A DNA stretch of 53,569 nucleotides from contig NW_021833859.1 in NCBI RefSeq assembly GCF_006345805.1, positions 1-53,569 on the forward strand. Reading direction: 5' to 3'. The notes beneath the pieces were generated by a model. That model was not told where the DNA came from, made no database searches, and worked only from the letters and a program-made list of their open reading frames with translations. Shown here in pieces: positions 12,781-23,570 of the stretch (positions are counted from its first letter, which is position 1; each line of letters starts with the position of its first letter). The translations under genes were made by a program, and so were the position numbers. This stretch comes from Octopus sinensis (lineage: Eukaryota).

Positions 12781-13228
12781 CGTATATATGTATATAATAT
12801 ATATTATATATATATTATATATAGATATATATATACTATATATCTATATATTTATTATATATACATATATATAATATATATATATACCTTATTTCTATAT
12901 AATATATAATATAGATATATATATATATTATATATATATATATCTATATATATATATAAAAATTTTGCAATTAAGGACAACTACTTAATAAGGAAAACTT
13001 AACAAGAATTGTCAGGTAGATAGCGTAAAAACCTCATAAGAAAAAATTTCGAAAATAATTATTTCTTATTGAACATATTAATTTATATATAGAGGGCAAA
13101 TTATACATACATGCCAGGAGGCATTATATATACATGCCAAACGCTAAGAGGGACAATCAGTCATTTCTACCAAAAATATTACTAATCCCACCGAATGCAA
13201 TTTTTCAAAGTAAGACATTTAAAAATAT

Positions 13229-13276
13229 AGGCCTGTATCACAGTGATTTCATACTTACGTAATCATCAGCAGGCCT
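13229..13276 (-). ncRNA. Type I hammerhead ribozyme motif
   Basis: Minus strand AGGCCTG-CTGATGA-T TAC(GTAA)GTA T-GAAA-TCA(CTG)TGA-T-A^CAGGCCT: 7-bp stem I, canonical core, GNRA-capped stem II (U.U at 10.1/11.1), 4-bp stem III, AUA cleavage triplet. Confidence 0.8.
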
Positions 13277-13320
13277 GAATGTATTATAAATAAACAACGA
13301 CCCTGCCTCGCTTAAGCCGA

Positions 13321-13338
13321 ACAGCTAACTGATCAACA
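13321..13338. repeat. Target-site duplication, left copy (ACAGCTAACTGATCAACA)
   Basis: Identical 18-mer at 18606-18623. Confidence 0.95.
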
Positions 13339-13579
13339 CTTTCTTTATTACAATTATAAAAATTAATACATAGAAAGGACGAATACAGGACATACATACA
13401 TACAAGAAAATTTAAGAGAATCGATTAAAAAAGTTTCGTTTGTATTCGTTATAAGTAACAGTTTTTGCGTAACTCGTGTTACAAACACTTGTAGCTGACC
13501 TTTGTGATCCTACTGGAGCTTTCACACCCCGGCAATTGTTGAGGCCCTGCAGCTTCCACTTCCTCTCTCTCCTCCATGG

Positions 13580-16500
13580 TCAAGCTGGCCTTCCCACCTT
13601 TCTTTCCACTTCCTTCCATCTATTCGCATACACTCCCCGCGGCAGGGTCCTCCTCTCCAGTCCCATCTTGCTTCTCAGATGATATCTGAAGTAGGTGAGC
13701 AAGCCGGGCCCGGAGACAAATGACCCTGTCGCGGTTCCTTCCATTCTCGTTCTCCACATGCATTCCTTTACCACTGCAACCGTGCAGTGAAAACATGCCT
13801 CACCTTCCTTCGAGAGTCCAGTTGGCGGTATCATCTTAATCATAGACTCAGCCGACAGCTGTACTCGTCCCAGATGCGATAACACGTGTTCTGCGTAACT
13901 TATCAAGTCGTTCAACTTCCGACAATGAAAAAAAGCGTGCTGAACGGTTTCATCGTCCAGCCCGCATCTTTGACACGTCGGTGGCACTGGAACTCCGTGC
14001 CGTGATAACTTTTCGCGAACAGGTAAAGCATTCCTGTAGCACTGCCAAGCCAGGGATCTTTGGAAATTATCCAAATACCCCGACCTGAACGTTTTCTTAA
14101 ACAGATTGGCAAGCTGGTTTTCATCAAACCCCAGAGCCCCTCCTAGGACGTCATCGTTTTTACCTTCTACCAGCCCTCTATAAAATACCGAGGTGGTATT
14201 TCCGCAGCCGGCCTTGCCCGCCTTGTGGATCAGCGTGAGTGCCTGTCGGCACTCCTTTTGCCATGGAGTCAGATTGCATCTTCTGATGTAACCGGGTTTA
14301 AAATTAACTAAGGAGGCCGGTCTCGGAAAAAATCCCTCTGCCAACGGACTCCACACCTTATCACCTTCCAGGTGGTGCCAGAGATGTCTTAGTCTCAACG
14401 CATGTCTGCGCATCATTAACCAAGGCATCCCTAACCCACCCTTTAACGGTTCTTGACAGCACACGGAGCGTCTCACAAGTGGCTTTCCTCCTTTCCACAA
14501 AAAGCGGAAGAGGGCTCGTTCCAACTTGTTAAGCCATGAGTCGGGGCAAGGGACGACGGTCAGGCGGTAGGTGATTACGGATGCAATAAACATCTGCGCC
14601 ACCTCCGCCCTTCCTTTCAAGGACAGAGACCTTCCGGACCAGGTCCGTATTATGGCCTCCACCTTGCCCGTCACCTCGCTCCAGTTCTTCTCCGTTTGGG
14701 AGTCCGGTCCAAACCAGACTCCCAGCAACTTAACAGGGCCATCCGTCCAGTGTCCCACAACACTGGACAATATCGGCTTGTTCCTCCAGGTGCCGAGGCG
14801 CAAGCCGACCGATTTGTCCCTGTTAACCTTTGCTCCTGCCACCGCCTCGTATCCTCTGATAGCCTCCTCTACACCAGGTAGTTGGGCCTCCTTGGACACG
14901 ATGAGGGTGATGTCATCCGCATAGGCAGTGACCGACCTCCCACCTCCGATTCCATCTGAGTTACTCCCCAGCCTCTCCAACCTTCGCAGTAGTGGCTCGA
15001 GAGCCAATACGTACAAAAGTGTGACAAGGGGCACCCCTGACGTACTGAACATTCGATCGAAAACGGTTCTGTTAGGTAACCGTTTATCTGGACGGTGGAC
15101 TTGATGCCGCTGTACATAGCGGAGATCCACCCGCGGAATTCGGGACCCAGTCCGGTCGCTTCGAGGACCGCCGCCAGGTACCCATGGTCTACCCTATCGA
15201 AGGCTTTACTTTGGTCCAAGTGGACCATTACCCCACCTTTGCCGGTTACTTTACCCACCCTATCTAAGGTGTAGCGTATAAGGTGAAGGTTGTCCTGGAT
15301 CGACCTGCCTGGAATTGCACATGTCTGTGCTCTCCCTACAAGTTTCTCCACGACAACCGTCAACCTTTTTGCTAACACCTTGGCCAAAATCTTTAACTCT
15401 ACATTAAGTAGAGTTATGGGCCTGTAGTTACTAATCATATCCCCTTTGCTCGGGTCTTTCTGGATTAGCGTCACCACTCCCCGGCTTACAGAACTGGGAA
15501 TTCTCCCGTTCTGCTGCCAGTTCGTGTAGACGCCTGCCAGTATTCCCCCGAACAAATCCGGCATATTTTGGTAAAACTCGTAGGGCAGACCATCCAGCCC
15601 CGGCGATTTCTCCCCGGCGCACTCGGCCAGCACTTCCCTTATTTCCGCGGGAGTGATCGCTCCTTCACAGCACTCCGCCTCACGCCCCGCGAGCCGCGGC
15701 CCGCCGGCCAGGAAGTCCCTTAAGGCACTCCCCCGGTCCAGCGGGCCACCACCCCCGAACGCGCGCGCGAAATGCTGGTGAAGAAACTTTTGCATCTCCT
15801 CCTGTCCATAGATCTTTTGTCCCTGTTCGCCAGTCAAAGATTTTATTGAGGCTCTGTTGCCTCTCTTACTCTCCACACGACGGGCCCATCCGGCTACGTT
15901 AACACCTTCTCGTTTCCCGGCGCGCAGCTTAGCTCTGACTCTGCAACCTTCGTGTTTGGAGTCAAGGTGTCGGTACAATACCGTCCTTGCCGCCAGTACT
16001 CCGGATGCAGAGCCAGCTTCCATTGCCTCGTCTAGATTCTTAACTAAATCGCCCTCTAGACTAGCTCTATCTGTCCTTATCTGATTGCTAAATCTAACGG
16101 ACTCTAATCGAATGGCTCTTTTGAGGGCGTGCCACCATCTATTGTTAATGACGGTGCCGCACAATGCCCTCTGAACTAACTCCTTAATCCGGGTACGGAA
16201 GTCTTCACAATTCAAAATAGCCTTGTTCAGCTTCCAGTACCCGGGTCCCTGTCTATGACACTTGTCTAATTGCACCTCACACGTCACAAACTTGTGATCC
16301 GAGTAAGGTACAATATGAAATTGTGGACAACTAAACGTATCCTTATCTCTTTTTTTTATAATTATCCTATCTAGGTACGATCTGTGTGAGCCGTCGTAGT
16401 TACTCCACGTCCACTGTGGAACGCTCGGCTCATCCAGTCGGTAACGGTCCACTAGATCAAAGCTCTCCAGTAGACCCTTGAGGCTAGGATTCCCCTTCCT

Positions 16501-16962
16501 ATTAGTTGAGCCAACACTGTCGATGTGCGCTTCAAGGACAGTGTTAAAGTCCCCTACTAGTATTACTGTTTTCGACGTCGCCAGAAAGGGCTCCAGGCTT
16601 CGAAAGAAACCCGTCTGTCTACCCTCGTTCGGGGCGTAGACAGCTACCAACCTGAAGGACTGTTTACTTGCGTGAGTCACATCCAGGACAACCAGCCTGC
16701 CTTCTGGGTCCAGAAAGACAGTACTTACCTGCAGGTCCAAGCTCTTCCTGATGAAGACTGCCACGCCTCTTCCTCCTCCTCGGCTAGGAGAAATAAATTT
16801 CTCGAAACCATTTAGAAGAGGTGAGAACGCTTGGGTCTCGCTCATCTTGGACTCGGTTACGATAGCAACATCTATACCTTGTGTCGTGAGGTCGTTCAGG
16901 AAACAAATTTGTTTCCATTTCGACCCCATTCCACGTATGTTTAGGCAGCCCAGCTTGGCCAT
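13580..16962 (-). CDS. LINE ORF2: APE endonuclease + reverse transcriptase + C-terminal CCHC; one 1-bp frameshift near 15020
   Basis: LNIRG, VTE, VYAP, VGDFN, SYLDRI and SDH (APE); SPGLDG, NYRPITLLN, LDQSKAFDRV, QGCPLS/LLYVLALEP and YADD (RT); CQRCGLDDETVQHAFFHC. Confidence 0.92.
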
Positions 16963-16990
16963 TGTGAGCGAGGGAGAGAAATAACTATAC

Positions 16991-18410
16991 TCACGTTTGT
17001 GAAAGGGAGCACGGCGGTCTAATTTTGCCTGCTTCCCTTTCTTCCGCTACTGCAGGGCTTTTGACCGGCGTTGCCACTGGGCTCTGGGTTGGTGTGGTTG
17101 CCGGGGTTATTGTTAGTTTTCCTTCTAACACCTCTTTGGTGACATCTCTTATTAGGCGGTTCTTCAGGTGTTCCTGAAGAACCTCCTCCTTCCATTCGTT
17201 CTCGCCTACCTTGGCGAAGCGCGCAATTGCTTTTCCATCTGAGGTTCTGCTATACAGCATGAACCTCGACAGTTTGCAGCATTTGTAAACTTTTTCGTTT
17301 TTTTCATCAAACGCAATTATTTTTTCGTTTTTCAATAAACATTTTTTGGATCTTGTTTTACGGGGAGGGGTTTGGCAAACTGTTTTCCAATGAAAACAGT
17401 GCCATGGGGGTAGGGTTGGGGGATTTGCTTAATGTGTGTGTCTGTAGTGCTAGTTGTTTTTTTCCTTGTTTGGGGAGGGGAGTCCAGGGTATTTTCTTTT
17501 TTTCTTTTGTGCGTAACTTGGGTGTATTCCATCGGTTCTATTTGGTCTATTTTTGCTTCCGTATTTGTCTTGGTCGTTTTTGTTCTTCTTAGCTTCCTCT
17601 CCCTCCGCATTGGGTACACTTGGAGGGGCCGCATCTTCTGTTCTTTTTTTCTGATGCAATTGGAACGGACGTGACCCTTTTCTCCACACTTGAAGCATCT
17701 GGGTCTTCGTCCTTCCACCGACACTCTCATGGACGTGCCATCCTCGTTAAAAATCCTGTCAGGCAGGCTCTCCAAGATCTTGTTCTCTGCCTGTACGAGG
17801 AGCTCCAGAGTCTGACCCCTCCAACGTACCGCTTCCTTCCTTCTCATTTGCAGTATGTTCATTTCGCGTTCCACATCATGTAAGACCGCCGCTGCTACCC
17901 ACATGGTGTCGTATCCTCTGGGTATGTCTTCAACCGTTACCTTTGCGGTTCTCTTCCCCATATACGAGGGTAGCAGCATGATGTCGTCGTTTTTAAGGGT
18001 CAACGACGACACCTCCTTCGCCACCTCTGCCGTGTCAAAGTGTGCTTCGATCGTGGCACTTCGTGCACCTCTCACTATATGGCGAATTTTATCCCACACC
18101 GGGGCCAAGCATTTCTCAACGGTTTCGTTTTTTACTTCCATGATCTTTTTTTCTTTAAAGTTGTACACTTTATAGATTACGATCTTTTCCTTAATTTCTT
18201 GCACCTTCGCTTGCGGCGGCACAAGCCTTATTTCTCCTCCTTCTAGTTTTACCAAATTCCTATATTCGTACAGTTGTTCAATCTTGAATTCTATCTCCAA
18301 CATGGCGCCGCCCACCGCGGCCGAGAATGATTGCCTGGGTACTGGGTTTTCCTCTTTTTCACCTTTTCCCATCACGGGAAGTCTTCCTTCGACGTTAGGT
18401 CGAACTCCAT
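16991..18410 (-). CDS. LINE ORF1 (gag-like nucleic-acid-binding protein with a zinc knuckle), split by frameshifts
   Basis: ORFs 17332-18375 and 16991-17335; CFKCGEKGHVRSNC knuckle; a possible upstream start at 18410 (MEFDLTSKEDFP) is one base out of frame. Confidence 0.8.
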
Positions 18411-18605
18411 CTCTGAAGGTTACCTTTAAGGTAACAAGAATATGGTTAGAACAAAATTTTCTGCCCCTAGGGCGAAAATTATCGTTTTACGACGGGTACT
18501 GTTCAGAACAGTTTACACAAACAATGATATTATAACTTCGAATTCTCTTAAATAGCAGCAGCAAATTTCTCACAACGCAAAACGCAACAAACTGCTCCGC
18601 AAATG

Positions 18606-18623
18606 ACAGCTAACTGATCAACA
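18606..18623. repeat. Target-site duplication, right copy
   Basis: Identical to 13321-13338. Confidence 0.95.
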
Positions 18624-19070
18624 TCAACGAAGCACATGGGTGAGTTTATATATATTACATCCGGGTGAATGGCAAACTTTTACAAAATTGCATTTCGGGA
18701 GAGGAAAAGTTTTTTCGGAATAAAAATTTTGCAATTAAGGACAACTACTTAATAAGGAAAACTTAACAAGAAATTGTCAGGTAGATAGCGTAAAAACCTC
18801 ATAAGAGAAAAAATTTCGAAAATAATTATTTCTTATTGAACATATTAATTTATATATACAGGCCTATATTTTTAAATGTCTTACTTTGAAAAATTGCATA
18901 TTAATTTATATATACAGGCCTATATTTTTAAATGTCTTACTTTGAAAAATTGCATTCGGTGGGATTAGTAATATTTTTGGTAGAAATGACTGATTGTCCC
19001 TCTTAGCGTTTGGCAAGTATATATAATGCCTCCTGGCATGTATGTATAATTATGCCCTCTATATATAAAT
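18624..19070. mobile_element. Right part of the hammerhead-bearing repeat, including inverted terminal copies
   Basis: 18721-18857 matches 12956-13090; plus-strand copies starting CAGGCCT at 18859 and 18915; 56-bp tandem duplication 18843-18954. Confidence 0.75.
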
Positions 19071-19139
19071 ATATTATATATATATATATATATATAATAT
19101 ATATATATATAATGTATGTGTGTGTGTGTATTTGTGTGT

Positions 19140-19335
19140 CTGTGTTTGTCCCCCTAACATCGCTTGACAACCGATGCTGGTGTGTTTACGTCCCCGTAAC
19201 TTAGCGGTTCGGCAAAAGAGACCGAAAAATTAAGTACTAGGCTTACAAAGAATAAGTCCTGGGGATCGATTTGCTCGACTAAAAGGCGGTGCTCCAGCAT
19301 GGCCGCAGTCAAATGACTGAAACAAGTAAAAGAGA
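19140..19335 (+). mobile_element. SINE family A, 3' half
   Basis: GACAACCGATGCTGGTGTGTTTACG...CAGTCAAATGACTGAAACAAG. Confidence 0.85.
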
Positions 19336-19619
19336 AAGAGTGTAAGTGTGTATATAGCTTAACTGAAGCTATATCTGTAACTATATGAATCTTAAACCTT
19401 ACTTTTAGAACTGAGTGGGATGATATATCTGATATCCACAAGAAACGGGGAACACGCTTTGGTTTATATAACAGTACTGTAATAGATACAGGATTAGGTG
19501 AAAGAAAAGACGAACGTGTTGGTGTGAAGAAGATGAAACCGAATCTTCTTGTTTTGAATCCGTGCTTAAAATAAGAAACATGCAACTATATGAGCAAAAA
19601 TATTTGTAAACATATTTTT

Positions 19620-20100
19620 TATTGTCCACAGGGGCAAAGCCGAAAGGCAAAGTCGGCATCGGCTGAATTTAAATTAGAACGGAAAAACAGATGAAATACC
19701 TATTTTTTACTACCCACAGAGAAGACAAACAAGGACAGACAAACGGATTAAGTCGATTATATCGACCCCAGTGCGTAACTGGTACTTATTTAATCGACCC
19801 CGAAAGGACGAAAAGCAAAGTTGACCTCGGCGGAATTTGAACTTAGAACGTAATGGCAGACGAAATACCTATTTCTTTATTACCCACAAGGGGCTAAACA
19901 CAGAGAGGACAAACAAGGACAGACAAACGGATTAAGTCGATTATTTCGACGCCAGTGCGTAACTGGTACTTATTTAATCGACACCGAAAGGATGAAAGGC
20001 AAAGTCGACCTCGGCGGAATTTGAACTCAGAACGTAACGGCAGAAGAAATACCGCTAAGCATTCCGCCCGGCGTGCTAACGTTTCTGCCAGCTTGCTGCC
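19620..20100 (-). mobile_element. Nin-domain SINE B concatemer (one head plus ~2.5 units)
   Basis: ~183-bp units joined at GAAATAG/GTATTTCGTCTGCC. Confidence 0.85.
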
Positions 20101-20309
20101 TTAAAATATTTGTTAATACATCAAAATATAAGTCATCGATATATGATTAGATGCAAAATGAAGGGGTAAGAAATGCGGCATATATCCATTGCTTTTTGGG
20201 GTGTTTTTTTGGCAAAACACTTGATATATTCGTCTATTAATATAAGAATAAGCGGTATTTGCGTAAATTCATTATTATTTGCGTAAATTCAATATTATTT
20301 GTCCGAAAA

Positions 20310-20500
20310 AGGCGGTGAGCTGGCAGAACCGTCAGCACGCTGGTTAAAATATTCGTTCCGTCTGTCTTTAGGTTCTAAGTCCGAATTCCGCTGAGGTTGA
20401 CTTTGCGCTTCATCCTTTCGCAATCGATAAAATAAGAACCAGTTGATCAGTGGGATTGATGTAATAGACATACCCGACCCTTAAATTTCTGGCCTCGTGC
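20310..20500 (+). mobile_element. Nin-domain SINE B copy
   Basis: GGCGGTGAGCTGGCAGAAC head and Nin core. Confidence 0.75.
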
Positions 20501-21084
20501 CAAAAATTTGAAATCAGTATTATATGAGTATCATACGTCCAAGACACACAGTACCAAGACAGTGGCTATTGGTTATATAATATTAGTGTTGATGGCATTT
20601 GACTATTTCAATATGGAATTATCTTTAACTATACGTGAAATTCATTATCGAAGAGACAAACTGTATAACAAAAGATCATGTGGTATAAACTACCTTATAG
20701 TCTAGATGTTTTCTTTCCAACTTATAACGATTTTCCTAATTAATATAAGCAAGCATAGTCTCCGAGATTATAGATATAATAGCGTGAAGTGCCTAGAACT
20801 TCTTTGCATCCGTTAGCAATATAAAGAAAACTATCTGGTAAACATACAGAAAATTCATTCCCTCCGTATAATTTCAAATATCCAAATGCTTGCCATCTCA
20901 ACGATATGCGTCGTTCTAAAGCATTAATTTCTCTAGCTAAGACCTCTTTTCAAAACAGCGTTAAAAAAAAAAAATTCATAAGCCTTACTGAAAATCTCTT
21001 AATATTAAGAATCATGGGACATAAATATGAATCTATATACCGAAGGAAACGCCTCAACAACTCATTATATAGATATATAAGAAA

Positions 21085-21375
21085 CTAGAAGTATCGCCCG
21101 GCGTTGCTCGGGTTTGTAAGGGAAATAACTATATAAGCATTTTTAGAGAGTTACTTCCCTTATATAAACCGAGCGAAAATGCATTAAAAATGCGGAAAAA
21201 TTATGGTAATTTTCTTTTTTAATCGTAGACTCATCGTAGACGCACGCTAATACCCAGAAGGGCTCGATATGAATCACGACTATAAGATACCCGGTTTTGG
21301 TTAAACTGCACCGCAAAATGTGGGAGTAGTTAGGAATCTAAATCGGTGTAGACAGACACACAACTACATTTTTAA
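21085..21375 (-). mobile_element. Non-autonomous Helitron (5' TC end not evident)
   Basis: Minus-strand 3' end CCCGAGCAACGCCGGG-CGATACTT-CTAG|T; hairpin is 15/16 identical to that of the autonomous Helitron. Confidence 0.75.
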
Positions 21376-21591
21376 ATGTCATTATTGTACTATACATATA
21401 AGTATCATTAATTTCCCAAGGAAATGTAATCCTTTTCTCTCGGAGAAGCATAACATCCTTTCAGAGCATTTTTGCAATTCTGAAATAATAGATATGTAAT
21501 TTCTTAACTATTATCAATAGTAATGCAGCATAAATAATGACCGCCTTTTCGCATTTTTGTTTGATGCATACATAACACAAAATGCTTATTC

Positions 21592-22039
21592 GTTTTTTTT
21601 TGTTTCAGTAACTTGATTGCGGCCATGCTGGAGCACCGCCTTTAGTCGAGCAAATCGACACCAGGGCTTATTCTTTGTAAGCCTAGTACTTATTCTATCG
21701 GTCTCTATTGCCGAACCGCTAAGTGACGGGGACGTAAACACACCAGCATCGGTTGTCAAGCTATGTTGGGGGGGGTCAAATACAGACACACAAACATATA
21801 CATACCTCCATACATACATACATACACACACACACACCTCACACACACACATGCACACACACACATATATATATATATATATACGACGGGCTTCTTTCAG
21901 TTTCCGTCTACCAAATCCACTCACAAGGTTTTGGTCGGCCCGTGGCTATATTAGAAGCCACTTGCCCAAGGTGCCACGCAGTGGGACTGAACCCGGAACC
22001 ATGTGGTTGGTAAGCAAGCTACTTACCACACAGCCACTC
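21592..22039 (-). mobile_element. SINE family A copy
   Basis: Head, microsatellite and tail all present. Confidence 0.88.
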
Positions 22040-22214
22040 GTAAACATTTGCTAATTTCTTGCTTTCAATACAGAAGACATGAAAACACGTGATTTTTCGT
22101 ATGAATACACGAATATATCACGTGTTCTGCTATTGCCTATTAAACTGATAAATTTGTAACGGATGTTACAATTGATTTTTGGCATCTAATTAAATGTGCA
22201 ACCTCTCATTTGTG

Positions 22215-22220
22215 TATATT

Positions 22221-22309
<89 letters not shown>

Positions 22310-22408
22310 ATATATATATATATTATATATATGTATATATATATATATATATGTATTTGCAGATCACTGTGATCGCATTTTTTGTTTAATGGTACATTGT
22401 GCGCGTGC

Positions 22409-22476
<68 letters not shown>

Positions 22477-22484
22477 ATATATAT

Positions 22485-22517
<33 letters not shown>

Positions 22518-22542
22518 CTATATATATATATATATATTATAT

Positions 22543-22640
<98 letters not shown>

Positions 22641-22726
22641 ATATATATTATATATATGTATATATATATATATATGTTATATATATATATATATATATAT
22701 CTATATATATATATATATATATATAC
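22215..22726. repeat. Long (TC)n/(TA)n microsatellite tract
   Basis: Direct reading. Confidence 0.95.
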
Positions 22727-22734
22727 ACTTTACT

Positions 22735-23030
22735 GTTTTACTCTTTTACTTGTTTCAGTCATTTCACTGTGTCCATGCTGGAGCACCGCCTTTAGCGAGT
22801 GAATTGACCCCAGAACTTATTCTTTGTAAGCCTGGTACTTATTCTATCTCTTGCCGAACCGCTAAGTTACGGGAACGTAAACACACCAGCATTGGTTGTC
22901 AAGCGATGTTGGGAGGACAAGCACAGACACACAAACATATACACACTCATACATATACATACATATATGACGGGCTTCTTTCAGTTTTCGTCTACTAAAT
23001 CCATTCAAAAGGCTTTGGTTGACCCGAGGC
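22735..23030 (-). mobile_element. SINE family A copy (head truncated)
   Basis: Tail and body match family A. Confidence 0.8.
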
Positions 23031-23097
23031 TATATATATATATATCTATATATATATATATATATATAATATACATGCATACTCACGCACACAAATA

Positions 23098-23570
23098 CGA
23101 GGTCTGATCAAACATTACCGGGTTTGCTGTTATGGTGACGGAGCTAAATTACGCAGAGACTAAAGCCGTTTGGCACGGCTTGTCCTTGAACTCTGTCGCG
23201 CGTGCAGAGAATTCATGCTCACTTCTACTGTTTATACCAATGCTTGGAAGTAAAGTGCGCAGAGTGTGGTCGTCCCAAAAAGAAGTTTGGGTTTCAACAG
23301 CGCAGGGTCTCCTTGGTTGCGCCGGGGAAGGTGAAACCGTTTTGAAACGGTTCCAATATGTGACGAATCATGGGTCTATGTCTATGATCCGAAACCAAGG
23401 TTTGAAAGGAAGATTTCAAGATATCGAAGAAATCTAAGAGAATACGATGAAGTAGCTGCTCGCTATACCAAAAAAAGAAAAAACAAAGGAGTTCCAAGTA
23501 TGCTTCTATCAATGGAAACGACACTGGATAAGTGTCTGATTTCGAAAAGGGACTACCTCGAAAGTAATTA
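23098..23570 (+). mobile_element. Internally deleted mariner element
   Basis: TA|CGAGGTCTGATCAAA left TIR; CDESWVYVYDPKP (first catalytic D motif); LKGRFQDIEEI...FQVCFYQWKRHWDKCLISKRDYLE (mariner C-terminus). Confidence 0.8.

Larger units (their letters stand above)
12956..13338 (-). mobile_element. Left part of a hammerhead-bearing non-coding repeat (Penelope-pLTR/retrozyme-like), target of the LINE
   Basis: 12956-13090 repeats directly at 18721-18857; 13091-13235 is the reverse complement of 18915-19060; contains the HHR at 13229-13276. Confidence 0.75.
13339..18605 (-). mobile_element. Full-length L1/Tx1-clade non-LTR retrotransposon (~5.27 kb)
   Basis: Bounded by an 18-bp TSD; 5' UTR, CCHC ORF1, APE-RT-zinc finger ORF2, 3' UTR ending AATAAAGAAAG without poly(A). 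Confidence 0.92.

Noticed and set aside
13251-13260. ATACTTACGT resembles the U1 snRNA 5' end
   Set aside because: No further U1 similarity; it is the reverse complement of hammerhead stem II.
13321-13338. TSD as a U2 snRNA (Keno-type) target
   Set aside because: TGTTGATCAGTTAGCTGT only loosely resembles U2 TGTTCTTATCAGTTTAAT and the flanks are not U2.
15431-18535. Plus-strand and alternate-frame ORFs overlapping the LINE and similar ones in the Helitron
   Set aside because: They are antisense or shifted shadows of GC-richer coding sequence with no motifs.
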